64,000 bases of DNA from Waterburya sp. (GCA_965217895.1 CBDCJV010000002.1:256001-320000), one strand, 5' to 3'; positions 40,423 to 51,039 are shown, counted from the first letter of the stretch. Made by a program: numbers and translations. The notes: generated from the letters alone by a model not told the origin.

Positions 40423-43242
40423 ATGGCAGAAATAAATAACTTACCTCCAGCTAGTATCGAGGCAGAAGAAGCAATCTTGGGCGGCATCCTGTTCGATCCA
40501 GAGGCAATTACTAGAGTTGCAGAACTAGTGGTTAAAAATGCTTTTTATGTTAAAGCTCATCAAGAGATATATCAGGCTGCATTGACGCTTAACAGCAAAG
40601 GGAAACCCACCGATTTTATTTCTCTTAGTACATACTTGAGCGATCGCGATTTACTAGAGCAGGTTGGCGGTATAACTAAGTTAGCACAGCTACTTAACCG
40701 TACTGTGTCGGCGGTTAATATCGATCGCTATGCCAACCTGATCATGGAAAAATATATCCGTCGTCAGTTAATCACTTCGGGACACGAAATTGTCGATCTT
40801 GGCTACGATAACGCCACCGAATTAGAAGTAGTCTTAGATTCTGCCGAACAAAAGATATTTCGCCTAACTCAAGAACGTCCTCAAGAGGGTTTAGTTCCTA
40901 TTGCCGAAACTTTGGTAAATACCTTTAATACCATTGAGGAACTACATCAGAATACAGCTTTACCTGGTGTTCCTTCTGGTTACTATGATTTAGATGCCAT
41001 GACTAGCGGTTTTAGTCGTTCTGACCTAGTTATTATCGCTGGCAGACCATCAATGGGAAAATGTTTGGCTGCTGATGCGGAATTAGTCTGTCAAGACGGC
41101 AGCGTTAAAACTATCGAAGAGATTTATAATCGTCAACAAGATTCGCTATTGACTCTACAATCTGACTGGCGATTTACCTGGACAAAACCATCAGCTTTTG
41201 TTGACGATGGCATTAAACCTGTCTATCAGGTGACTACTCGTTTAGGCAGGAAAATTACAACTACTCTAACTCATCCTTTTTTGACTATTCACGGCTGGCG
41301 TAGTTTAGGAACATTGCAAGTGGGAAATAAAATTGCTGTCCCGCGACAGATTAAGGTGTTTGGAGATCAAAGAATTTCTCAAGCCAAAGTCAAGTTGCTA
41401 GCTTATTTAATTGGTGATGGATGTTTAACGAAAACCTGTCCAGAGTTTACTAACAATAGTCCAATCTTACGAGAGGATTTTGTCAATGCCGTTGCTAGTT
41501 TATCTGGACTTACCTCAAAAGAATATGACTCTAACGGCACAAGAACAATATCTATCAGAGTTAGTAAGAATCGAGCTTTTCTCGATCATCAACGTCAAAT
41601 TTTTGCTCGAAATTTAAAAGAGGCAATTAATGATCAGCATCGTTCTCTTGCTCAAATTGCTTCATTATTAAAAGTCAGTTCTTCACTAATTAGATTTTGG
41701 ATTAAGGGAGTTTGCGTCCCCAATCAAGAAACATTTATACAACTATGTAAACTGCTAGAACTTAATCCTCAAAATCTTACCTCAGAAATATTAGCAATTA
41801 GTAAAAATAGTCCAAATACCCTAACTCTTTGGCTGCAAGAACTTGGTTTGTGGGGTAAGAATGCTCATGCTAAAACTATTCCTCAGCTTGTATTTGGGCT
41901 GCAACCTAATTTAATTGCTTTGTTCCTCAACCGTTTGTTTGCCACTGATGGTTGGGCTACTGTATTAACTAGCGGTCAATCTCAATTAGGTTATGCAACC
42001 GTCAGCGAAAAACTGGCTAGACAAATACAGCATTTATTATTGAGATTTGGGGTTATTGCTGCCTTGAAAAATCGTTCTATTAAATATCAAAATGAGCGTA
42101 GACAAGTTTGGCAGCTAGATATTACTGATGCCAAATCGATTAAGAATTTTATTGATGAGATTGGAATTTTTAGTAAAGAAAAAGCTATCAGTGCTGTTCG
42201 AGAAGCGATATTGAAAAGAAGATATCAGACAAATAAAGATTTAATTCCTGTAGAAATTTGGCAAGAGTTAAGGCAGGTAAAAAGTGAAGAACCTTGGGTG
42301 TCTGTCGCCAAACGTTCAGGAATTCAAGGACATAGCAATATTCATGTAGATAAACGAGCTTTATCCAGAGAAAGATTATTTAAGCTAGCTTATGCCTTAG
42401 ACGATATTCCCTTGCAAAACTTGGCAACTAGTGAAGTCTACTGGGATGAGATTGTCAGTATTGAATATGTAGGAAAACAACAGGTTTACGACTTGACTAT
42501 TCCTGAAACCCATAATTTTGTAGCTAACGATATTTGTGTTCACAATACGGCATTTGCTTTATGTGTGGCATCTAACATTGCTAGAGATTCTAAGTTACCT
42601 ATCGCTGTATTTAGTTTAGAAATGTCGCGGGAACAGCTAACCCAAAGACTGCTATCAAGTGAGGCGAGGATTCCTAGCAACCGCCTGCGTTCGGGTAGAA
42701 TTGCTCAAAATGAGTTTGGACAATTGATTGACGGTGTAGAAAAACTATCAGAGTTGCCAATTTATATAGACGATACGGCTAACTTAACTGTAATGCAAAT
42801 GCGATCGCAAGTACGCAGACTTCAAGCGCAGCAAAAAGATCCTTTAGGCTTAGTAATGATCGACTATCTTCAGCTAATGGAAGGGGGCGATAACGACAAC
42901 CGTGTACAGCAGCTATCGAAGATGACGCGGAGTTTGAAAGGTTTAGCTAGGGAGTTGAATGTGCCAATTGTAGCTTTATCTCAGCTAAGTCGCGGGGTAG
43001 AACAAAGAACCAATAAACGCCCGATGCTATCTGATTTGAGAGAAAGTGGCAGTATTGAGCAAGACGCGGATTTAGTGATGATGATTTATCGCGATGAATA
43101 CTATAATCCTGATACGCCCGATAGAGGCATTACTGAAGTTAGCATTGTTAAGCATCGTAATGGTCCAGTTGGAACAGTTAAATTATTATTTAACGCTGAA
43201 CTTACTAAATTTGAAAGTTTAGCCAAACCAAGCGGATATTAA
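40423..43242 (+). CDS. dnaB: replicative DNA helicase DnaB with intein
   Basis: PP.SIEAE..ILG, GRPSMGK/T, FSLEMS, IDYLQL, DLRESGSIEQDAD, KHRNGP. Confidence 0.97.
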   Translation: MAEINNLPPASIEAEEAILGGILFDPEAITRVAELVVKNAFYVKAHQEIYQAALTLNSKGKPTDFISLSTYLSDRDLLEQVGGITKLAQLLNRTVSAVNIDRYANLIMEKYIRRQLITSGHEIVDLGYDNATELEVVLDSAEQKIFRLTQERPQEGLVPIAETLVNTFNTIEELHQNTALPGVPSGYYDLDAMTSGFSRSDLVIIAGRPSMGKCLAADAELVCQDGSVKTIEEIYNRQQDSLLTLQSDWRFTWTKPSAFVDDGIKPVYQVTTRLGRKITTTLTHPFLTIHGWRSLGTLQVGNKIAVPRQIKVFGDQRISQAKVKLLAYLIGDGCLTKTCPEFTNNSPILREDFVNAVASLSGLTSKEYDSNGTRTISIRVSKNRAFLDHQRQIFARNLKEAINDQHRSLAQIASLLKVSSSLIRFWIKGVCVPNQETFIQLCKLLELNPQNLTSEILAISKNSPNTLTLWLQELGLWGKNAHAKTIPQLVFGLQPNLIALFLNRLFATDGWATVLTSGQSQLGYATVSEKLARQIQHLLLRFGVIAALKNRSIKYQNERRQVWQLDITDAKSIKNFIDEIGIFSKEKAISAVREAILKRRYQTNKDLIPVEIWQELRQVKSEEPWVSVAKRSGIQGHSNIHVDKRALSRERLFKLAYALDDIPLQNLATSEVYWDEIVSIEYVGKQQVYDLTIPETHNFVANDICVHNTAFALCVASNIARDSKLPIAVFSLEMSREQLTQRLLSSEARIPSNRLRSGRIAQNEFGQLIDGVEKLSELPIYIDDTANLTVMQMRSQVRRLQAQQKDPLGLVMIDYLQLMEGGDNDNRVQQLSKMTRSLKGLARELNVPIVALSQLSRGVEQRTNKRPMLSDLRESGSIEQDADLVMMIYRDEYYNPDTPDRGITEVSIVKHRNGPVGTVKLLFNAELTKFESLAKPSGY
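41062..42546 (+). mobile_element. intein (495 aa) with LAGLIDADG homing endonuclease and HTH insert, in the DnaB P-loop
   Basis: GK|CLAAD...T..HPF...LAYLIGDG...LFATDG...VYDL..PETHNFVAN.ICVHN|T. Confidence 0.95.
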
Positions 43243-43829
43243 AGTTGTAAAAATTTTTCTATAGGACGAACATCCCATATCTGGGCTTCGATGAAACGAT
43301 CATAACGCCATGCTTCTTCAACTTTCCATTTATTCCCTGGTAGCCCATAGGTTTTAACAACCTCAATTATCTCATCTTTGGTAAAAACTTTACCGTGAAA
43401 TGGTTTTAAATAAAATTCACCTCTTTCTGTTCGAGGAATATTAAAACTAGGCATACTGTCAGGATATGTAAATGAAATCATATCACTGTCAAAAAGCGAT
43501 AGAGGAATACTTAATTTAGCAGGGTTAGCTGAAGAAAAGAAACCACCTTTTTGAAATAAATCATCATGTTCTCCGAAAACAAAATAAAGAGGATGTTGAA
43601 GATATGGTTTTTTCCCTTTATTGGTAAAATCATTGTAAAGCCATGCTTCAATTTCGCGCCGTTCTTCGAGATATCCAGGATGTAACCAGGTTCTTTGTCC
43701 AGATTTAGATAAACTAGTTAATATTGCTTGTGCTTCAACATCATCGTAGTTGCAAATATTCTTGAGCTGAATATTTCCTTCTTCGTAGTAATAAGTAAGA
43801 TAGTCAGGAATACTATGTATTTTATTCAA
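43239..43829 (-). CDS. hypothetical protein
   Basis: 196 aa ORF convergent with dnaB, 4-nt stop overlap. Confidence 0.7.
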   Translation of the reverse strand: MNKIHSIPDYLTYYYEEGNIQLKNICNYDDVEAQAILTSLSKSGQRTWLHPGYLEERREIEAWLYNDFTNKGKKPYLQHPLYFVFGEHDDLFQKGGFFSSANPAKLSIPLSLFDSDMISFTYPDSMPSFNIPRTERGEFYLKPFHGKVFTKDEIIEVVKTYGLPGNKWKVEEAWRYDRFIEAQIWDVRPIEKFLQL

Positions 43830-43878
43830 TTTAACCTTTAATTATTATCTTGTGGTAAATAAAATCATGAGAGATTCT

Positions 43879-45321
43879 TTAATGATTTTCCTGAAAAGTA
43901 TTATATTGCTTCTCTGTAATGCGTCCAGCTTCGTATAAAGTATTGGTAATTTCAGAAATACTAAGAACTGAATGAGCGCGATAACCATTATCTGCTAGGC
44001 GATCTTTTACTCCACCTTCGTGATCGATAAAGACGACAATATCGTTAATTATTAAACCAGCAGACTTAAGCTTTTCTGCCCCTTCCATCACGCTTTTGCC
44101 ACTAATTAAAATGTCGTCAATTACAACCACTTTTTCCCCTGGATTAAAACCACCTTCAATCAAACGTCGAGTACCATGAGCTTTTACTTCTTTGCGGGGA
44201 AAAATCATCGGACGCTGAAGATTTAACGCTAGTCCTGTTGCCGTAGGTAATGCACCATAGGGAATGCCTGCAATCCGATCAAATTCCAAGTTCTGCACTA
44301 TATCGCCGTAGGCACTCAATACCTGATTAAAAATTTGCGGATTAGAAATTATTTTACGCAGATCTATATAGTAAGAAAAAGTTGCTCCCGAAGCCTGGAC
44401 ATATTCTCCAAATAGTAAACAGCCAATATCAAATAGCTGGAGAATTAAAGACTGATAGGGATGCTGGGTAAACAAACATACATTAGATGTCCAAAGCTCA
44501 CAGCTTGACCCCTGCTTGATTCTTAACTCTCGATACTTGTTAACATTTTGATTAAGTTGTGCAACCTCGGCAGCAAGATTATTTGTAGCCAAAAAGTCCT
44601 GGGGAATGGGAATTAGTAATCCTTCACCATTGTCATCTAACCCTGTATTAATTAGGAATTCAAAATTATTACTACTCCAAAGACTACGGAGTAAAATTGT
44701 CCTTTCTGGTGCGATCGCTCTAATTCTACTCAATATTTCAGGATTAGTTGTCCCTACTTCTAGATATAGCTGTTTTGGAGTTGCCCAAGTTTGAGCTTCT
44801 TTAACTACCTGTAGATAAAAGGGTTGCTCTTGACTAGGATATCTTTGTAGCTTTTCTGCTTGAGGATTGGAGGTATGGCTAAGAATAAATACGGCTTTAT
44901 CTGAATAAACTAAAAAAGGTGCAGCGTGATCTTGTCCTGCAAAGGGAGTCAGGGTTACAGCATCTACCTGCCAGCGAGCAAAAATAGTTTCAGCAAAGAC
45001 AGTACTGGTATTAAGATCGCTGTGTTTGGCATCCAAGATGACGGGAATTGCTGCGGGAATAGCCAACAAAATACGCTCTAATAACTGTAACCCCTCTACC
45101 CCTAGTGCTTGATAAAAACCTAAAGTGGGTTTGTAGGCGCAAACGCGATCGCTAGTTGATTTAATTACCCACAATAACCAAGCTTCTATAGAGCTAATTA
45201 GATTATCGTCATCTTTTTTTAGATAATCAGCAGGCATCATTTCAGGATTAGGATCGAGTCCCACAACCAAGAGACTGTTATTCGTGGCGATCGCCTGATT
45301 GAGTTTTTCTGTAAAGTGCAT
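43879..45321 (-). CDS. pyrF: bifunctional OMP decarboxylase / orotate phosphoribosyltransferase
   Basis: VGLDP, YKPTLGFY, ILDAKH (PyrF); YYIDLR, RKEVKAHG, VIDDILISG (PyrE). Confidence 0.9.
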   Translation of the reverse strand: MHFTEKLNQAIATNNSLLVVGLDPNPEMMPADYLKKDDDNLISSIEAWLLWVIKSTSDRVCAYKPTLGFYQALGVEGLQLLERILLAIPAAIPVILDAKHSDLNTSTVFAETIFARWQVDAVTLTPFAGQDHAAPFLVYSDKAVFILSHTSNPQAEKLQRYPSQEQPFYLQVVKEAQTWATPKQLYLEVGTTNPEILSRIRAIAPERTILLRSLWSSNNFEFLINTGLDDNGEGLLIPIPQDFLATNNLAAEVAQLNQNVNKYRELRIKQGSSCELWTSNVCLFTQHPYQSLILQLFDIGCLLFGEYVQASGATFSYYIDLRKIISNPQIFNQVLSAYGDIVQNLEFDRIAGIPYGALPTATGLALNLQRPMIFPRKEVKAHGTRRLIEGGFNPGEKVVVIDDILISGKSVMEGAEKLKSAGLIINDIVVFIDHEGGVKDRLADNGYRAHSVLSISEITNTLYEAGRITEKQYNTFQENH

Positions 45322-45502
45322 TTTGAATCAAAAAAGAGAAACAGCCGAATACAGGAAGATTCTTTATTGGTATACTTTACATTGTCTTGAAATACAATGA
45401 AGATATAAACTAATCTCCTAATCTTAAACGAGTAAACATCTAAATAATTTAAGGTTGGCTCGTAAAATTTTAGGTTTAAATTGACACCAAGACTAACTAC
45501 TA

Positions 45503-46105
45503 GTGTTTACAGATATACTAAACATTTCCATCGATCGCGATCGCGCCAGTCGTGCCGACCAAATTTTAAGTTTGGCAGAAATGACCTGGGATGATTACGA
45601 AAAACTAACTCAAGAATATTTAGAATATCGCATATCGTATTTAGATGGAGTAATAACCATCGTGTCTCCAAGCAAAAACCACGAGAGGATTGCCGAGGTT
45701 ATTAATGGTTTGATTAAAACTTTTTGTCGTAAGTATGATTTGGCTTATTTTCCCATGGGTTCGACTACATTAAAAAATCCTCCCTTGGCTGGTAAAGAAC
45801 CAGACCATAGTTTTGCTTTCGAGACGGATAAATCTCTGCCAGATTTGGCTATAGAAGTTACTTATACTAGCGGTAGTCTGAGCGATCTAGAAAAGTACAA
45901 ATATTTGGGCATTCGAGAAATTTGGTTTTGGCAAAACGGAAAAATCAGCTTCTACTATTTAACTGGTGGTGAATATAAAGCAGTAGATGAAAGCGTTTGT
46001 TTGCCCCAACTGAACGCAGATTTTTTAATTATTTTCATTAATAGAGGATTGACTGAAACCCCCCTGACTATTGAAGCAGATTTTTATCGACAACTAGACT
46101 CGTAA
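45503..46105 (+). CDS. Uma2-family endonuclease (DUF820)
   Basis: SP...HE, GSTT, KEPD, PDLAIEV..TS...Y..LG..E.W. Confidence 0.9.
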   Translation: MFTDILNISIDRDRASRADQILSLAEMTWDDYEKLTQEYLEYRISYLDGVITIVSPSKNHERIAEVINGLIKTFCRKYDLAYFPMGSTTLKNPPLAGKEPDHSFAFETDKSLPDLAIEVTYTSGSLSDLEKYKYLGIREIWFWQNGKISFYYLTGGEYKAVDESVCLPQLNADFLIIFINRGLTETPLTIEADFYRQLDS

Positions 46106-46124
46106 CTTTTTTGGTAGATATAAT

Positions 46125-46526
46125 TTAGTCAAAAAATATTGCAGGAGAAACATGAAATCGTTCCGCTAACATTTGAATCTGTCTTACATTTAACTTTCTT
46201 TTGTCGTTGAGGATTTCGGAAACAACTCCCTGAGAACCTATTTCTGGCAAATCAGATTGTGATAAAGAATGTTCTTCCATTAGATAAATTAAAGCGTCTA
46301 TTCCCCTGCAATTTGGTAGTGGGAAATGTTCGTTATCATAAGATTCAATTAATATCCCTAAAGTATCTAGTAAGCTATAAAGAGGATGAGATTCATCATC
46401 TCCCACTTGCTCAAGCAGAAAGTTAAGTCTTTCTACCGCTTCATCGTATTCTTGCTCGTTGGTAATCGTTAAATAAGGCGCGATTGCCTTCCATTGTCGT
46501 TTTAATTCTGGTGCAATAACTGTCAT
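46125..46526 (-). CDS. higA: HigA-type antitoxin / HTH regulator
   Basis: LMEEHSLSQSDLPEIGSQGVVSEILN.KRKLN; ATGA overlap with the higB remnant. Confidence 0.85.
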   Translation of the reverse strand: MTVIAPELKRQWKAIAPYLTITNEQEYDEAVERLNFLLEQVGDDESHPLYSLLDTLGILIESYDNEHFPLPNCRGIDALIYLMEEHSLSQSDLPEIGSQGVVSEILNDKRKLNVRQIQMLAERFHVSPAIFFD

Positions 46527-46636
46527 AATTTCCAATTACCTTTATCGTATTCAGCGTGAGTTAATATATGACGAATGTAGACTTTGTGGCGATTAAAGTG
46601 GATAGCAGCAATTAACCTGTATTTGTTTCCTCTGAT
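46523..46636 (-). pseudogene. higB: 3' remnant of HigB toxin gene
   Basis: IRGNKYRLIAAIHFNRHKVYIRHILTHAEYDKGNWKL*, no start, preceded by a stop. Confidence 0.85.
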
Positions 46637-46651
46637 CTAATTTTTCATAAC

Positions 46652-47038
46652 CTAACTTTCTAGCCAATGATATGGAAGCAGATCGCTTAGCTTTATAGTT
46701 CGAGTGTGAGAAATTATGATGTCAGTATTTCGGTTTTCAAAATTAGTCAGCATGATTAATTCTCGGCAACGTCCACAAGGAACACGAACTTTTTCTATAT
46801 CTACAGCTACAATTTTGATAATTCGAGTTTCGCGATGTTTAAGCATTTCTGCCACGGCTGCGTGTTCGGCACAAAAACCTAAACTACAGGCATAGTCCAG
46901 ACAAATACCACTATATATATTTCCTTTAGCTGTAAGTAATGCTGCACCTACTCTTCCTGCGGAACTTCCATTACTATTGCTAACAAAAACTTCCCCTACG
47001 AAAGATCTAGCAAAATCGATCAATTCATTGTTTTTCAT
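46652..47038 (-). CDS. cytidine deaminase family protein
   Basis: VGAAL, CAEH, PCGRCRE; ATG 47038. Confidence 0.85.
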   Translation of the reverse strand: MKNNELIDFARSFVGEVFVSNSNGSSAGRVGAALLTAKGNIYSGICLDYACSLGFCAEHAAVAEMLKHRETRIIKIVAVDIEKVRVPCGRCRELIMLTNFENRNTDIIISHTRTIKLSDLLPYHWLES

Positions 47039-47091
47039 CGCAAATTTTTTAATTGCTTTGATCAATAAAAGACTGACGGAAACCCTCATGA

Positions 47092-48108
47092 CTATTGGAG
47101 TAAATTGCGATCGGTAACTGAACTCGTAACTTTTACTTTCATTGATTGAACAAACCAGTTTACAGCTTCGGTTAAAGCGAGATTAATATCAGACTGGGGT
47201 AATTTTAATTCTCGAACAGCTTTACTCGGATCATAAAACATCTTTTGTCTTGACATTCGCACCCCATCTATAGCAATCGTCGGCTGCTTACCCAGTCTTG
47301 CGACAACGTTTTCTTCTAGCCAAGCAACACTATAAGGTATCCAATAGGGAATAGTAGATTTTGGTGCGGGTAAACCTGTAATTTTGGCTAGCTTATCAAG
47401 TAATTGGGCAAAAGTTAAATTTTGATTGCCTAAAATATAGCGATCGCCTGTTACACCTTTTTCTAGTGCCAAAATATGTCCCCAAGCTACATCCTTGACA
47501 TCAATTAAATTTAATCCCGTGTCCACGTAAAAAGGCATTTTTTGCTGCAAAAACCTGACAATAATCTCCCCTGTGGGAGTTGGTTTAAGATCGTACGCAC
47601 CTATAGGCGTACTAGGGTTAACGATTACTATATCTTGTCCCTGCTGGGCTGCTTTGACTGCTTCTTGTTCGGCGTAATACTTAGACTTTTTATAATATCC
47701 CACCAGCTTATCTACGGGGCTTTGATAGGTTTCGTTGACTGCCACGCCATCATTGACTCCAATCGCTGCTACTGAGCTAGTATATACAGTTCTCTCAATA
47801 CCTGCTTGACGGGCGCAGCTTAAAATATTGCGCGTACCCAAAACATTGCTACGGTAAAGTAATTCGCGATCGCTTTGCCACAGAGAATATTGAGCAGCAA
47901 CATGAAACAATACCTGACAGTCAGACATTTGTTGATCTAAATGGCGATCGTTTAGATCTCCTTGCACAATTTCTACATCCAAAGATGCCAGGTTATCTAA
48001 ACAGCTATTTTCTCTTACTAAAGCTTTAACTACATACCCTTGCTGTAACAACAGCCTAACTAAATTTGCGCCGATAAAACCTGTTCCACCCGTAACAAAT
48101 GCCCGCAT
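47092..48108 (-). CDS. hpnA: hopanoid-associated NAD-dependent epimerase HpnA
   Basis: TGGTGFIG, HVAA.YSLW, YKKSK, PSTPIG..D.KPTPTG. Confidence 0.88.
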   Translation of the reverse strand: MRAFVTGGTGFIGANLVRLLLQQGYVVKALVRENSCLDNLASLDVEIVQGDLNDRHLDQQMSDCQVLFHVAAQYSLWQSDRELLYRSNVLGTRNILSCARQAGIERTVYTSSVAAIGVNDGVAVNETYQSPVDKLVGYYKKSKYYAEQEAVKAAQQGQDIVIVNPSTPIGAYDLKPTPTGEIIVRFLQQKMPFYVDTGLNLIDVKDVAWGHILALEKGVTGDRYILGNQNLTFAQLLDKLAKITGLPAPKSTIPYWIPYSVAWLEENVVARLGKQPTIAIDGVRMSRQKMFYDPSKAVRELKLPQSDINLALTEAVNWFVQSMKVKVTSSVTDRNLLQ

Positions 48109-48217
48109 TTATTTAATCTACGATCCTAAAATATAAAATTCCTTGATTCTTGGTCTGAATCAATTACGCTATCTTTAAAGAATATAAGCAAACTTTAATA
48201 AATAACTTGATTAACAA

Positions 48218-48430
48218 ATGAATAGTCAAGAATTGGCTCAATATATTGAAGCTACTGACGGTATATCCAAACCTTGGTTGTTAGTGCAGTTAAGATTAAA
48301 AAAATTACAAGAACGCAAAGACGAAATTCCACCCCAAGAATATATGAAAGAATTAGAAGATATTCAAGCTGACTTGCTTAAGTTAGGGGAATGGTGGAAA
48401 GGCAGAGAAAGCGAAGTTTTTGGTTCATAA
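48218..48430 (+). CDS. conserved cyanobacterial hypothetical protein
   Basis: LAQYIEATDG.SKPWLLVQLRL...LGEWW.G.E.EVF. Confidence 0.75.
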   Translation: MNSQELAQYIEATDGISKPWLLVQLRLKKLQERKDEIPPQEYMKELEDIQADLLKLGEWWKGRESEVFGS

Positions 48431-48437
48431 TCAGCAA

Positions 48438-48502
48438 GTAGGGTGGGCAAACTAAAAGTGAAGTTTAACAGCCTACTTGAACAACAATCTTGCCCACCTT
48501 AT
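48438..48502. repeat. GTAG-type REP pair
   Basis: GTAGGGTGGGCAA...TTGCCCACCTTAT. Confidence 0.7.
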
Positions 48503-48514
48503 AAGATTGTGTTT

Positions 48515-49046
48515 CAATAACAGCATTAGTAAGATATACAAACATTTCAGCACCTCTACGGGCTAAATACTGCCATTGTGCAGGAAAGCGAATTTCACGA
48601 CAAAGTTGAATTCATAGCCTGATACTACGATCATCAAAGTCAAGTTCGACTAGAGAAAGTTGAGAACCTGCGGTAAATACAGAGTACGTTCACTCGTTGC
48701 TAGATTAACTTTACGCTAGACAAATCGCTCTTGTCGTGAACCGTAATATATCCCAGCATTGTACCACTTCCAATTTTCCAATAAACAAGACCCAAAGATT
48801 AAATGGATGGATCTCAGACTGTACAACTACTTCTTGTAGTTTCCGCAATGAAAGTTCCAGAAGTTGTTGATTTATTTTATGAAGAAATTCTATGTCTTCT
48901 GCATAACCAGAGAGTGCGCCTTCAGGCAATATGACGAGCGTATTAGGTTCGGCTTGTGAAAGAATAGACAAAATAGTATCCAAATTGTGTTGGATATCAA
49001 GCATCACTGGAAATTGTGCTACAAGTGTAAAAATAAAGTTACTCAT
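48515..49046 (-). pseudogene. carbon-nitrogen hydrolase (nitrilase family) pseudogene
   Basis: AQFPV, LPEGALSGY, then frameshifts; downstream frame IQLCREIRFPAQW...LTNAV; breaks off near the REP. Confidence 0.8.
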
Positions 49047-49392
49047 CTTTTTTTGTCTAAGAATCTCGCCTTCATTGTGACAGATAGGGGACAAGGCTTT
49101 ATTTTTCAAGAATAAGTTTAGAACTAACGCAATCAAACCTATAAGTTTAGCTAAATTTCTTTAAACTGACTATTTAGAAATTTTTAACAATTGGTTACAG
49201 TACCGTGATATGATCGCTGGGGACTGCGACGTAGAAGCATTGCTACCAGGTTCGTAGTAATGCCAAGTAACACTTTGGTAAACAACTGTTTGGCTGAGGT
49301 GAACTGCATAATCCGTCTGGATAAGTAGTTGCTTGAATTGATACATTAAATATAGATGTAGAAAAATCAGGTTGCAGTAACCAAAATACAGA

Positions 49393-49866
49393 ATGAGTCA
49401 GCATTCGAGAAAGGTAACTTTGTCTAATCAATCTCACGAACCATTACCAGTTCAAGAGCAAATTACTCCTGATGATTCTAAGTCTTTAGAAGATCGTGAC
49501 TCAATGGCAGATTTTTATCAGCTACAGCGATCGCTGTTGTTGACTACTCTGGCATTGACAGGAATACTTGTTTTTCCTGTGTGGTATTTTTTCTCGCTCA
49601 ATATTGCTTTCAACTATTTAGTTGGTGCAGTTGTCGGACTGGCGTATTTGAGAATGTTAGCCAAAGATGTTGAACGCCTAGGTCAACAACGCCTCGGTGC
49701 TAAAGGATTAGGACTTTTTGTCATCCTGATACTGGTCGCTAGTAAATGGCAGCAGTTGCACATTCTTCCTGTCTTTCTTGGATTTCTAACTTATAAGCCA
49801 GCAATCATTATCTATACTGTAAAGTCAATTCTTTGGCCCGCAGAAAAATCAGAAAATGACGCTTAA
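49393..49866 (+). CDS. atpI: ATP synthase protein I (Atp1)
   Basis: YLRMLAKDVE, VFLGFLTYK; first gene of the atp operon. Confidence 0.9.
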   Translation: MSQHSRKVTLSNQSHEPLPVQEQITPDDSKSLEDRDSMADFYQLQRSLLLTTLALTGILVFPVWYFFSLNIAFNYLVGAVVGLAYLRMLAKDVERLGQQRLGAKGLGLFVILILVASKWQQLHILPVFLGFLTYKPAIIIYTVKSILWPAEKSENDA

Positions 49867-49931
49867 AATAAGGGATTTTTAAAGAAACCACCAGAAAGAT
49901 TTTAATTTAATGTTTTGCTTAATCTAGGTAT

Positions 49932-50672
49932 ATGGAAATTCTAGGTGCTTTGACTTTTCTAAATATTTATACCCTGGCTGAATTAGAAGTTGGCGAACAT
50001 TTTCTTTGGAAAATCGGCAATTTTTCAGTTCACGGACAGGTTTTTCTCAATTCTTGGATAGTAATAGCTCTTTTAGTAATAGCTTCTTTAGCTGCGACTC
50101 GGAATATTCAAAAAATTCCGAGCGGCATCCAAAATTTCATGGAGTATGTCCTCGAATTTGTTCGAGATTTGGTGAGAAATCAGATCGGCGAAAAAGAATA
50201 TCGGGACTGGGTGCCTTTTGTCGGCACTTTGTTTTTGTTCATTTTTGTGTCAAATTGGTCAGGTGCGCTGGTGCCTTGGAAACTCATTGAGTTACCATCT
50301 GGTGAATTGGCTGCCCCCACAAACGACATCAATACAACGGTGGCTCTAGCATTGCTCACTTCCTTGGCGTATTTCTACGCTGGGTTGAAAAAGAAGGGAC
50401 TAGGGTATTTCAAGCACTATATTGAACCAACTCCTATTCTTCTTCCCATCGCAATCTTAGAAGATTTCACCAAGCCTCTTTCTCTAAGTTTTCGTCTCTT
50501 TGGTAATATTTTGGCTGACGAACTAGTAGTTGCTGTATTAGTACTTTTGGTTCCGTTATTTATACCATTACCAGTGATGGCACTAGGTTTATTTACCAGT
50601 GCAATTCAGGCTTTAGTATTTGCTACCCTCGCAGGAGCATATATACACGAGGCTTTAGCAGATCACGATTAA
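49932..50672 (+). CDS. atpB: ATP synthase F0 subunit a
   Basis: [24 protein letters not shown]. Confidence 0.97.
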   Translation: MEILGALTFLNIYTLAELEVGEHFLWKIGNFSVHGQVFLNSWIVIALLVIASLAATRNIQKIPSGIQNFMEYVLEFVRDLVRNQIGEKEYRDWVPFVGTLFLFIFVSNWSGALVPWKLIELPSGELAAPTNDINTTVALALLTSLAYFYAGLKKKGLGYFKHYIEPTPILLPIAILEDFTKPLSLSFRLFGNILADELVVAVLVLLVPLFIPLPVMALGLFTSAIQALVFATLAGAYIHEALADHD

Positions 50673-50776
50673 GAGGTTTATTTTGGAAGTAACTTAGCTT
50701 CTAAATTTTGTTTAAGTGTTGAAGCATATTATTTTTATAGCTTCACTTCATTTTCGAGTTCTCTCAGTAAATTTAA

Positions 50777-51031
<255 letters not shown>

Positions 51032-51039
51032 GCTTTTTT

